Shown: positions 1-7,188, counted from the stretch's first letter. The stretch is DNA of 32,000 bases from an uncultured Chloroflexia bacterium (GCA_963718915.1 CAVRAI010000015.1:330001-362000); one strand, 5' to 3'. The notes: generated by a model from the sequence alone, not told the origin. Translations and numbers: made by a program.

Positions 1-342
1 CGCCAGCACCAGCGGCAGCCCGCGCAGGCCCCAGGTGAGACTGCGCGGCTCGGTGATTGGACTGATCTGGCTGAAGACACACCAGCCCATCAGCAGCCAA
101 AGGAGCGCTGCCCCGGCGATGAAGAGCGCATGCCACGCTCGGCGGCGCGAGTGCTGACGGAGAGGCGACAGTGATAGCGCCATCAGCGCCGCGCCCGCAA
201 CGAAGAGCAGCATGGCTGGCAGCCGCGCTGGCTCGAAGGCGGCAACTGGCGGAATCAGCAGGCAGCAGAGAAGAGCGCCCACGACCAGCGTGAGCGCCGC
301 AAGCAACGGTTTCGAGTTGGCCAGGACATGCGCGTTGGACAT
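1..342 (-). CDS. hypothetical integral membrane protein (first 114 codons; gene continues past the left window edge)
   Basis: The minus-strand frame is open from ATG (342-340) to base 1. The translation MSNAHVLANSKPLLAALTLVVGALLCCLLIPPVAAFEPARLPAMLLFVAGAALMALSL... is dominated by helix-length hydrophobic segments. The start overlaps the stop at 344-342 as TGATG, which fits operon coupling to the pre-insertion ligase gene. Confidence 0.5.
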   Translation of the reverse strand, partial: MSNAHVLANSKPLLAALTLVVGALLCCLLIPPVAAFEPARLPAMLLFVAGAALMALSLSPLRQHSRRRAWHALFIAGAALLWLLMGWCVFSQISPITEPRSLTWGLRGLPLVLA

Positions 343-2138
343 CAGGCGGTCTGGACCCCCGCTGCGGTGTGCAGCCCCCACTCTTCGACGGACTGCTGAC
401 GCATGATGAATTTTTGAATCTTGCCGGTGACAGTTGTAACACAAACAGAGGTACTGCCGTCCGATTCGGTGATGACGGGCAGCACGCCGGAGACGGGCAG
501 ATGCAGGTCCAGGGCGATGCGCGGGTCGCGATCCCCCACCTTCCAGACGCGCACCTGCGCGCCGAGCGCCGCGAGGACTTCCCGGCGTTGGCGCATGGTC
601 AGGGCGTCTGCGTTACGTCCGACGTTCGCGGCCCAGTCTATAATCCGCTCAAGCGCCTGCTCTTGTCGTATGGATTGCTCGGCGTGGACTGCGGCGATCT
701 GGCGCTCGCTGCTGAGCATCCGCTGCTGGCGCGCGAGGTCGGTTAATTGTTCAGTCAGCGGGGCAAGCGCATCAGGGTCCGTCATGAGCGTGATGGCCCT
801 GGTCACATTCGCGCGTTGGCGGTCGATCTCTGCCAGCCGGGTATCAATGGCGGCAAGCACGGCGCGCGCCGGGTCTTCTGTCTGGTCCGTGCGACTCCGC
901 TCGAGCTCGTAGGCGATCACACGCGGATCGAGCAACAGTGCGCGGACGCTCTCCCAGACGGTGGCGTCTAACAGGTGCGCCTTGATCGCGAAGGTCACAC
1001 AGGAACCCTTCACGCGGATGGGCTTCTTGCACTGGTAGTTGCTGGCTGGGGTGCCATCCTCATGGCGTCTGAAGGTGCCCGATAGCGTGAGCGCACCGCC
1101 ACAATAGGCGCAGCGCGCGAAGCCGCCCTGGAGCAGTGTCGCATCGGGGTTGCGGTTATTCCGGCTGGCCAGTTGCCGATTGAGCGCGAGGCGATCCTGT
1201 ACCTGCTGGGCGAGTTCCTCGGTGACGAGTGGGGGCGCGACGCTGGCTGGCAATTCCACACGCTCTTCATCGGGGCGCAGTGCGCGGATGGTCCGGTGCT
1301 TGTAGCCGCCGCGCATGCGTTCCTGTGGGGTCAGGTGGACCGCCTTGCTGACGAAGGCGCGCGGCTTGCCCCAGTAGGTGGGGTGCTTGAGGATCTGCCG
1401 CACAACAACATGGTCCCATGCCGCTGCGCCGTTCTTGTTGCCAGCATAGGTCGCGGGCGTCGGGATACCTTCCGCCGTCAGCGCCGCAGCGATGCTGCGC
1501 AAGGTCTGCCCTGCGGCCGCGTCGCGGAAGATGCGCTGCACGATAAGCATGGTTATAGGATCGGGCACCATGCGCACTTTGGCAGGCAACCCCTTCTCAT
1601 TGCGCTCTGGTCCCCACGCATAGCCGTAGAGCGGGCGATTGCTGGGAAGCAGATGGCCGGATGCCACGCGGGCACGCTTCGCCCGCATGGTGCGCTCCTT
1701 GCGCATGCGATTCTCCATCTGCGCCGCGTAGCCCTTGACGTAGGCGATCAGGCGTCCCTCTGGCGTATCCTCGAGGCTATCAATAGCAAACTTCACATCG
1801 AGGCCAGCGCGCTCGAGCTCAGTGAGCGCCACGAGCAAATGGTTCGGATCGCGCGAGAGCCGATCGACACAATGCACCAGCACAGTCCCGAAGGCGCCAC
1901 GAGCCGCTGCCGCGCGTAGATCGAGCAAGACTGGGCGCTCGTAATAATCCTCGGCGGTGGAGCTCTCCCAGTAGACGTGCGCCTCGTCAATCGTCAGCCC
2001 TTGAGAGGCTGCATACGCCCGGCACTCGGCTTCCTGGGTCTTGAGGCTGGTTTTGTCGTCAGTAGCCTGCTGTGGGCTGCTCACACGCAGATAGAGGGCG
2101 ACGGTGCGCGGGACGGTGTGAAGTTGCCTCGCCATCAT
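342..2138 (-). CDS. large serine recombinase (phage-type serine integrase)
   Basis: 598-aa ORF with the standard large-serine-recombinase layout. It has a resolvase catalytic domain (VALYLRVSSPQQ ... LVHCVDRLSRD) and a recombinase domain (YGYAWG, GQTLRSIAAALTAEGIPTP). It also has zinc-ribbon cysteines (CAYCGG ... YQCKK ... GSC) and a long coiled-coil segment. The last 26 codons (419-342) lie beyond the att core and read like an acyl-CoA ligase C-terminus. Confidence 0.9.
   Translation of the reverse strand: MMARQLHTVPRTVALYLRVSSPQQATDDKTSLKTQEAECRAYAASQGLTIDEAHVYWESSTAEDYYERPVLLDLRAAAARGAFGTVLVHCVDRLSRDPNHLLVALTELERAGLDVKFAIDSLEDTPEGRLIAYVKGYAAQMENRMRKERTMRAKRARVASGHLLPSNRPLYGYAWGPERNEKGLPAKVRMVPDPITMLIVQRIFRDAAAGQTLRSIAAALTAEGIPTPATYAGNKNGAAAWDHVVVRQILKHPTYWGKPRAFVSKAVHLTPQERMRGGYKHRTIRALRPDEERVELPASVAPPLVTEELAQQVQDRLALNRQLASRNNRNPDATLLQGGFARCAYCGGALTLSGTFRRHEDGTPASNYQCKKPIRVKGSCVTFAIKAHLLDATVWESVRALLLDPRVIAYELERSRTDQTEDPARAVLAAIDTRLAEIDRQRANVTRAITLMTDPDALAPLTEQLTDLARQQRMLSSERQIAAVHAEQSIRQEQALERIIDWAANVGRNADALTMRQRREVLAALGAQVRVWKVGDRDPRIALDLHLPVSGVLPVITESDGSTSVCVTTVTGKIQKFIMRQQSVEEWGLHTAAGVQTA
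420..431. repeat. left att core (attL), CTTGCCGGTGAC
   Basis: Exact 12-bp direct repeat of 12827-12838. On the minus strand both copies encode V-T-G-K in a ligase C-terminal motif. Confidence 0.75.
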
Positions 2139-2365
2139 GCGCCCCCTTCCGGGTCTTTGTTTAGTAGATCATCCGTCGAGATCCCGAGCGCCTCGGCGAT
2201 CTTGCGAATGTTGGCAAAACTCACCACTTCGTCACCGCGCTCGGCGCGCGCCATCGTGCCCTTCGACACGCCCACCTTGCGCGCCAGCTCGGCCTGCCCG
2301 AGCAGCTTTTCGAGTCGCCACGCCTTCAGGTAGGGCAGTGGCTTCCCACGTATGTACTCCGCCAT
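2135..2365 (-). CDS. XRE-family helix-turn-helix transcriptional regulator
   Basis: MAEYIRGKPLPYLKAWRLEKLLGQAELARKVGVSKGTMARAERGDEVVSFANIRKIAEALGISTDDLL is a typical HTH_3 pattern. Its stop overlaps the recombinase start (ATGA at 2138-2135), so the two are co-transcribed. I chose the start at ATG 2365 (GGGGA upstream); the ORF track allows an upstream start at 2428. Confidence 0.8.
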   Translation of the reverse strand: MAEYIRGKPLPYLKAWRLEKLLGQAELARKVGVSKGTMARAERGDEVVSFANIRKIAEALGISTDDLLNKDPEGGA

Positions 2366-2430
2366 GATCGTGTCCCCAATCATGCGCATTCTCGCTTTCT
2401 CACACGCCGTACAACCACGGCCCAACAACT

Positions 2431-2458
2431 ATAATAGCAGAATAACACGACGTTACAA
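2431..2458 (-). promoter_or_regulatory. possible leftward promoter for the XRE-recombinase operon
   Basis: On the minus strand: TTGTAA (2458-2453), 16-bp spacer, TATTAT (2436-2431), about 65 nt upstream of ATG 2365. Confidence 0.3.
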
Positions 2459-2476
2459 TGAATGTCAAATTGGGTA

Positions 2477-2506
2477 TTGACAACGCTATAACGGTCATGG
2501 TACAAT
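2477..2506 (+). promoter_or_regulatory. near-consensus sigma-70-type promoter for the rightward genes
   Basis: TTGACA (2477-2482), 18-bp spacer, TACAAT (2501-2506), with TG at 2498-2499 giving an extended -10. It lies about 60 nt upstream of the SWIM ORF. A CGTTGCAACG palindrome (2509-2518) sits just downstream. Confidence 0.55.
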
Positions 2507-2568
2507 GACGTTGCAACGGGGTTACAGCGACGGGTGAAGCGCGGTTAGTTGGTGGGAGGTGCTAGGCC

Positions 2569-2955
2569 ATGGGGCGGCAAGCAGTCAGGGCTGAGGGCAT
2601 GCAAAACACACGGGTAGTCGCTACCCGTTCCCCACGTGAAACCGACGAGGCGCGCGAAACGCCGAATCAGCCTCCGATGCCTGCGGTGATCGGCGAGGGG
2701 CATTCCCTGGAGACGCATACCCCGTTCTATCTGGTGACGAGTCGAAGCGTGCCTGGGCAGCTCTATGTGGTCTACCAGCTGGTGACACGTCTGCAATGCA
2801 CCTGTCAGGCGGGCAGGCTCGACAAGCCGTGCGTGCATCGGGCCGTCGTGCGTGACTTCCTGCTCGACCGCATGGTAGGAGATAGCCCGGGCCATCCTGG
2901 GGACACTGCGCCCCTGCGCAGGAGCAGTCGTCCGTTTAGTTTGATGAAGACGTGA
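2569..2955 (+). CDS. small SWIM-type zinc-finger protein
   Basis: 128-aa ORF with GGGAGG about 10 nt upstream. It contains CTCQAGRLDKPCVH, which fits the SWIM signature CxCx(n)CxH. Confidence 0.6.
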   Translation: MGRQAVRAEGMQNTRVVATRSPRETDEARETPNQPPMPAVIGEGHSLETHTPFYLVTSRSVPGQLYVVYQLVTRLQCTCQAGRLDKPCVHRAVVRDFLLDRMVGDSPGHPGDTAPLRRSSRPFSLMKT

Positions 2956-2969
2956 GAGCGCGCTCTCAC
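2952..2969 (+). terminator. 18-bp perfect palindrome overlapping the SWIM stop codon (possible terminator hairpin without a U-tract)
   Basis: GTGAGAGCGCGCTCTCAC. It is followed by an A-run rather than a T-run, so intrinsic-terminator function is uncertain. Confidence 0.3.
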
Positions 2970-3403
2970 CCGCAGAAAAAAGCAGCCACGCGCCCAGGCT
3001 CACACTGGTCCGAGGCCGCGCTCTCAACTGCGTGAAATATGCCTCATAACCTCCTACGCGCCTCAAGGTCGGGGGCTGCACGCAACACCCGGTGATCGAC
3101 TCGCCAGAGCGGTACCGGTTGCCCCCTTCCTTGGGGCTTTGTGTCCGTTCCTCTAGACACGACAAAAGCGCCATGCCTCATCAGGGTATGGCGTAGGGAG
3201 ATATGGACGCCAATTCTAGGATCGCGGTGCCTGGCGTGTCCCGCAGCGGCCTCTTCGCGCCCTTCGGCTCGATGTGGCGCCGTGCCTCGCGCACAGGACT
3301 TGCTGCTTCACCTGCCTTTCCCTGGCAAGTGTACTGCATACCATCACACACTGCACGCCTGGCTACCCTCTTGTGCTATGCGCCTCGGCGCTCGTTTTCT
3401 TTG

Positions 3404-3412
3404 TGGTACAAT
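3404..3412 (+). promoter_or_regulatory. extended -10 element (TGGTACAAT) upstream of the small Cys-rich ORF
   Basis: TGnTACAAT at 3404-3412 with no good -35. The surrounding 13-mer GGTACAATGAATG (3405-3417) repeats GTTACAATGAATG at 2452-2464. Confidence 0.3.
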
Positions 3413-3476
3413 GAATGCTTGAACGTTGGTTCCATGCACAGACAGGCAATACAAGTAAAAATATGGAGTTACTACC

Positions 3477-3650
3477 ATGAACGGAAAGTGCGATACCTGC
3501 GGTGAGCCCGCAGGAGCGAAGTGTGATGCCCCTGGCTGCTCAAACGAGATGTGCGAGGCGCACGCGGCACGAAAGTGGGCGCCGTTCTCGATATCGACAA
3601 TCCACCTGAGCCGAATCCGCAGGTGTTCTGCCCCGAGCATGCCCATCTAG
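3477..3650 (+). CDS. small Cys-rich (zinc-ribbon-like) protein, 57 aa
   Basis: Below the ORF-track size cutoff; I translated it by hand as MNGKCDTCGEPAGAKCDAPGCSNEMCEAHAARKWAPFSISTIHLSRIRRCSAPSMPI. GGAG lies at 3465-3468, 8 nt before the ATG. It has an N-terminal CxxC...CxxxxC...C cluster. Confidence 0.45.
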   Translation: MNGKCDTCGEPAGAKCDAPGCSNEMCEAHAARKWAPFSISTIHLSRIRRCSAPSMPI

Positions 3651-3686
3651 CGATCAACTAGCCTGTAAGCCCATCAAACCTATCAC

Positions 3687-3726
3687 GACGCGCCGAGAAT
3701 AGCTGGCCAGCTATTCTCGGCGCGTC
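3687..3726. repeat. 40-bp perfect palindrome
   Basis: GACGCGCCGAGAATAGCTGG / CCAGCTATTCTCGGCGCGTC, an exact reverse complement with no spacer. It lies between the Cys-rich ORF and the nuclease-ParA gene. No T-tract follows. Confidence 0.9.
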
Positions 3727-3871
3727 TGCCTCCGCTGTAGGCTGATCGATGGGCAATGATGCCGTCACCGTGTCTCAGGTGTTATCGCTATGTCATCCGC
3801 TCGTTATACGCAGTAACAGCTTTGCTGCTATTGCCCTGCTGCGTCCTGAGACACAAGGAAACGGGAGATGT

Positions 3872-5272
3872 TCTATGGCTGTCTCATCTGATCAAGGCGC
3901 AACGTTGCCTTTGTCCACTGGCGATGATGAGGATGCGCTTGCAACCGAAACGGTATCGTCACCTCCGCCCTCATCCCCTCACGATCAGTTCGCTGAGTTA
4001 TATCAGAAACCCACCATTGAGGGGATGAGACATCTTGGCGCTCGCGGCCTCGAGTTCGAGCGCTTCATCAAGTATGTACTGGATCATGCGGGCTACCAAG
4101 CCAAACATACTGGCCCAGTATTCAAGGGTGGCGTCGACGTTGAACTCTTGGAACGTGTAGACCACGGGAAGGCTCGCCGCCTTGGCGGGGTGGAGTGTAA
4201 ACGGTACAACCGCCAACAGCCGGTCGGAAGAGACCCTGTTCAGAAACTTGCCGGTGCACGCGCTCTAAAAGGGGGGCTGCCAGGCTATCTCATCACAACG
4301 AGCACGTTCACCAAGCCAGCGCGAGAGGAAGCAGCTGCTCACCCAACCCTTCACTTAATCGATGGCGAAAGGCTCACGCGCTATATCACCTATGTGGCTG
4401 GATCTGCTGGCGCTGAACGCAAGCACTCACTAACCGCAATCTCGCCAGATGTGGTACTCAGAGCAGATCGCATACAGGTGCAGCCGCCCGCCAAGATGCC
4501 ACACATTGTCACCATAGCCAACAATAAGGGCGGCGTAGGCAAGACGACGACTGCGCGCTTCTTAGGCTTAGAGTTGGCCTCTGGCGGAGAGCGGGTCTTG
4601 TTGATTGATATGGATCCGCAGGCCAATCTAACGGAGTTTGTCCTGGGCGTAGGCCCGGACGACCTCACACCGCCATCACTGGCTGACTATTTCGTTGAGG
4701 CCGCTTCTCTCCGTGATGCAGTCCATCCGTCACCACAGCAGCCACTCTTATCGATCATCCCTGCTCACCCGTTGCTCGCACGGTATGACTCTGGCGGCTT
4801 TGGCCGCCCTGACCTTGAGCTGCGTTTTGTGGAGTCCGTCAATGCCGCCTTCGGATCAAAGGAAGGACATCTCCTCTTCGATTGGATCATCATCGATACA
4901 CCGCCGAACGTCTCGCTTTTTACGCGCGCGGCGCTGGCAGCCAGTGAGTACATATTGGTACCAGCCAGAGCGCGTAAGTCATCACTTCGTGGCACACTAA
5001 ATATGCTCGAGGCTCGCAAGGCAATGGGCGCGCTCATGGGCAGTACCCCGAAAGTCCTCGGCGGCCTTTTCACACACTGGGGAGAGGATAACGCCTCACA
5101 AGATACTGAGACCGACCTTGCGGTAATTCTCGGCAATGTCGAAAGTGGAGTACTTGAGGTCAGGATCCCGATGTCCAATGCGATTGAATCAAACCCGATC
5201 GCAGCACACAACGCGATGAAAGAATACAGGAAACTCGCTGAGGAGGTAAAGAAGCATGTCAGCCCCCAGTGA
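3872..5272 (+). CDS. fusion protein: N-terminal Mrr-type restriction-endonuclease (PD-(D/E)xK) domain + C-terminal ParA/MinD-type P-loop ATPase
   Basis: The nuclease part reads [17 protein letters not shown]...GGVDVELL...GGVECKRY...[31 protein letters not shown]. This follows the Mrr_cat pattern, and the D...ExK residues are present. The ATPase part has a deviant Walker A ([12 protein letters not shown]), then [12 protein letters not shown], and Walker B (WIIIDTPPN). I preferred the start at ATG 3872 (GGGAG 7 nt upstream); the ORF is open from ATG 3749. Confidence 0.8.
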   Translation, partial: SMAVSSDQGATLPLSTGDDEDALATETVSSPPPSSPHDQFAELYQKPTIEGMRHLGARGLEFERFIKYVLDHAGYQAKHTGPVFKGGVDVELLERVDHGKARRLGGVECKRYNRQQPVGRDPVQKLAGARALKGGLPGYLITTSTFTKPAREEAAAHPTLHLIDGERLTRYITYVAGSAGAERKHSLTAISPDVVLRADRIQVQPPAKMPHIVTIANNKGGVGKTTTARFLGLELASGGERVLLIDMDPQANLTEFVLGVGPDDLTPPSLADYFVEAASLRDAVHPSPQQPLLSIIPAHPLLARYDSGGFGRPDLELRFVESVNAAFGSKEGHLLFDWIIIDTPPNVSLFTRAALAASEYILVPARARKSSLRGTLNMLEARKAMGALMGSTPKVLGGLFTHWGEDNASQDTETDLAVILGNVESGVLEVRIPMSNAIESNPIAAHNAMKEYRKLAEEVKKHVSPQ

Positions 5273-5774
5273 ATCAACGACCGCTGAAACGGTTGATAGA
5301 AGCGTTGCCGCAACACGGCAACTGTGCGACGAACTCGCTCTCGGTATACTAAAACCGAAGGATCTCAAACTTCTATCGACCGCGCTCATGGAAGCAGCTT
5401 CAATTGAAGCTGGTCACAACACTGCGTTTCGCGCCTGTATTCTCAAGATTTATGGGGACTTGAAGGCTGACGCAGCTCCCAAATCTGCCAGCACTCGTGG
5501 TGGAGCATCCAAAACCAAGTCGCCAATGACATGGCTAACGCCTATTAATCCTGTTGACCCCAAACGGTTCGGCCCAGACAAACTCTTGGACCCATACTTG
5601 ATCCAATATGCATATGGGGACGACAACCTTCGCCTTATTTTGAACGGGTATACTCCAGCCCGGTTGAAGGAAGCCGTAGCGATCGTAGAGGAGCGCAATC
5701 CAGGCACAAAGCCAACGAATCGCAGTAAAAAAGATGCGCTTGTCGAGTACATCATCCGGTATGTGATTGCCTAG
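5256..5774 (+). CDS. hypothetical protein coupled to the nuclease-ParA gene; possible C-terminal helix-extension-helix (SAP/Rho_N-like) DNA-binding motif
   Basis: 172-aa ORF overlapping the upstream stop by 17 nt. GAGGAGG lies 9 nt before the ATG. The C-terminus YTPARLKEAVAIVEERNPGTKPTNRSKKDALVEYIIRY resembles the HeH pattern L-x-EL...KK-x-LI-x-x-I; this is a tentative call. Confidence 0.65.
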   Translation: MSAPSESTTAETVDRSVAATRQLCDELALGILKPKDLKLLSTALMEAASIEAGHNTAFRACILKIYGDLKADAAPKSASTRGGASKTKSPMTWLTPINPVDPKRFGPDKLLDPYLIQYAYGDDNLRLILNGYTPARLKEAVAIVEERNPGTKPTNRSKKDALVEYIIRYVIA

Positions 5775-5783
5775 CGTCCAAAC

Positions 5784-6419
5784 CTATTCACTCGGCAGAA
5801 GCGGTGGCAGTTGAGACACGTTTAGTTGCTGAGCGCCTGCCTCGGCGATGTTCACCTGTGCCACCTGCGGACGCAGCAGCCGTCTCACCTTCGCCAGTGT
5901 CAGTGTTGCGCGCAGGAGCCGCTCATGGGCGCGTGTCACCATCTCGGCATGCTGCATCACTGAGACGGTGGGCGGAGGGGACATCTCCAGTTCGCCGAGA
6001 ATCATCTGCGCCGTCACTACCCGTTCACAGACGATCCGCTCCAGCGCCGTCGGGTGCTCACCCTCGAGTTCGCATTGGAGCGCCTCGGCCTGTGCCACAA
6101 ACAGTTCCGGGGTGAGCAGGTCACCCGAGGCGCTGGTACGCCGTGCGAGGGCGTAGCGTTGGGTGCGCGCGGGACTCCAGAGGCGCTGCGCCGTGTCAGG
6201 ATGGGCGGCCAACATCGCGCGAAGCTCTGACACGGCCGTCTTGTCCCCATCCATGACCCGCAGGACGAGCACCCGGCGCTCCTCGCGCGTCCACTCGGTT
6301 TTCTCCCCTGCACGCGGCACGACACTGCCGACCATCGCGACGGTGCGCACCTCAGGCTTATCCTGCTGTTTCTTGGTTGCCACGTGGCCGCCTCCATTCT
6401 CCGCGCTCATGCTGGACAT
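5784..6419 (-). CDS. hypothetical protein (last gene of the leftward element operon)
   Basis: 211-aa ORF with host-like GC. I recognised no domain. The start is uncertain: ATG 6419 overlaps the upstream gene by 62 nt, and the alternative ATG 6335 avoids the overlap. Confidence 0.55.
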   Translation of the reverse strand: MSSMSAENGGGHVATKKQQDKPEVRTVAMVGSVVPRAGEKTEWTREERRVLVLRVMDGDKTAVSELRAMLAAHPDTAQRLWSPARTQRYALARRTSASGDLLTPELFVAQAEALQCELEGEHPTALERIVCERVVTAQMILGELEMSPPPTVSVMQHAEMVTRAHERLLRATLTLAKVRRLLRPQVAQVNIAEAGAQQLNVSQLPPLLPSE

Positions 6420-6699
6420 AGCCCGCTGCTGTCAGCGCCTCACGCACCAGCACACTGCTGGCCGCCTCTAGCACGTCCAGCGGGCCAAAGAGGCGCGCAT
6501 AGTAGGCGTCGCGTTCCGCCTGCTCCTCTGCCGCGATTGCTGCCTTCAGCGCCTGCTCTTCACGCGACTGCGCATCGAATCTGGCGATCATTTCCGCCAG
6601 TGCACCAGTGCCGACGTACTCACGCACGCGGCGTCCGCCAGGCCGACGGTGTGTGCGAGTGTAGTAGCGCCCTTTGCCCTGGCGGGTCTCCCAGGTCAT
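6358..6699 (-). CDS. hypothetical basic protein
   Basis: Start chosen at the internal ATG giving MTWETRQGKGRYYTRTHRRPGGRRVREYVGTG... (113 aa). The rest is predicted helical. No domain recognised. Confidence 0.5.
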   Translation of the reverse strand: MTWETRQGKGRYYTRTHRRPGGRRVREYVGTGALAEMIARFDAQSREEQALKAAIAAEEQAERDAYYARLFGPLDVLEAASSVLVREALTAAGYVQHERGEWRRPRGNQETAG

Positions 6700-6757
6700 G
6701 CGCGCATCTCCTCTAGTTCTGCTATGGTGTTGTGTGACGTGCCAGTGCCTGCACCGC

Positions 6758-6904
6758 CTATTCGTCGCCTTCGTTGCGCTGCTGGCGACGCCGTTCAAGA
6801 ATGCGAATCCAGTTCGCGTTGTCAGGGTCTTCGTCTAGATTGATGACAGGCAGGTCTTTGCCCTCTTGCGTGTCATCGTCGTCTTCAGGAGTATCGTGCT
6901 TCAA
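6758..6904 (-). CDS. possible small acidic/basic protein, 48 aa (TTG start)
   Basis: Hand-translated as LKHDTPEDDDDTQEGKDLPVINLDEDPDNANWIRILERRRQQRNEGDE. The TTG start overlaps the upstream stop (ATTGA at 6905-6901). It fills an otherwise empty gap in a tightly packed operon. Confidence 0.3.
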   Translation of the reverse strand: MKHDTPEDDDDTQEGKDLPVINLDEDPDNANWIRILERRRQQRNEGDE

Positions 6905-7188
6905 TGGATCGCTCCTGGCGGAACATCGAGCAGGGGCAGTTTGCCGGTCTGCGTGGTGGTGCGCGGCTCGAAGAGGAGTTTCATCATGGCGCAGGCGGTA
7001 TAGGGGCTAGAGAGGTGGTCGGTGGTGGTGTAGGGGCCGCCGGGCTGGCCGCGACACACGCCCTCGGAGAGTTCGGCGATCAGATGCAAGCGCTCAACCG
7101 CCTCAGCGTCACTGGTGATCTTGCCATCCGTCCAGGCGACAGTGACACGCTTGCCGCCTCGTAGACCGGTAATTGAGAAGCTGGTCAT
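6901..7188 (-). CDS. hypothetical protein, 95 aa
   Basis: MTSFSITGLRGGKRVTVAWTDGKITSDAEAVERLHLIAEL... with a strong RBS (AAAGGAGGG) directly upstream of ATG 7188. Confidence 0.6.
   Translation of the reverse strand: MTSFSITGLRGGKRVTVAWTDGKITSDAEAVERLHLIAELSEGVCRGQPGGPYTTTDHLSSPYTACAMMKLLFEPRTTTQTGKLPLLDVPPGAIH

Noticed and set aside
1173-1919. 248-aa plus-strand ORF
   Set aside because: It is antisense to the serine recombinase and has no motif. It is a shadow ORF.
2545-3174. 209-aa minus-strand ORF spanning the SWIM gene and part of the non-coding gap
   Set aside because: It overlaps the better-supported SWIM ORF in antisense. It has no RBS and an Arg/His/Pro-rich composition.
3749-3871. 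Upstream ATG (3749) as the start of the nuclease-ParA fusion, which would add 41 residues
   Set aside because: It has no RBS and the added residues are not protein-like before the Mrr domain. ATG 3872 has GGGAG at ideal spacing. This is kept as an alternative only.
4247-4256. Third partial copy of the att core (CTTGCCGGTG, 10 of 12 nt)
   Set aside because: It diverges at the last positions and lacks the flanking GTTAC/GTAAC arms. It lies inside the Mrr-like coding region (QKLAGARAL). A 10-nt GC-rich match in 32 kb is plausibly chance.
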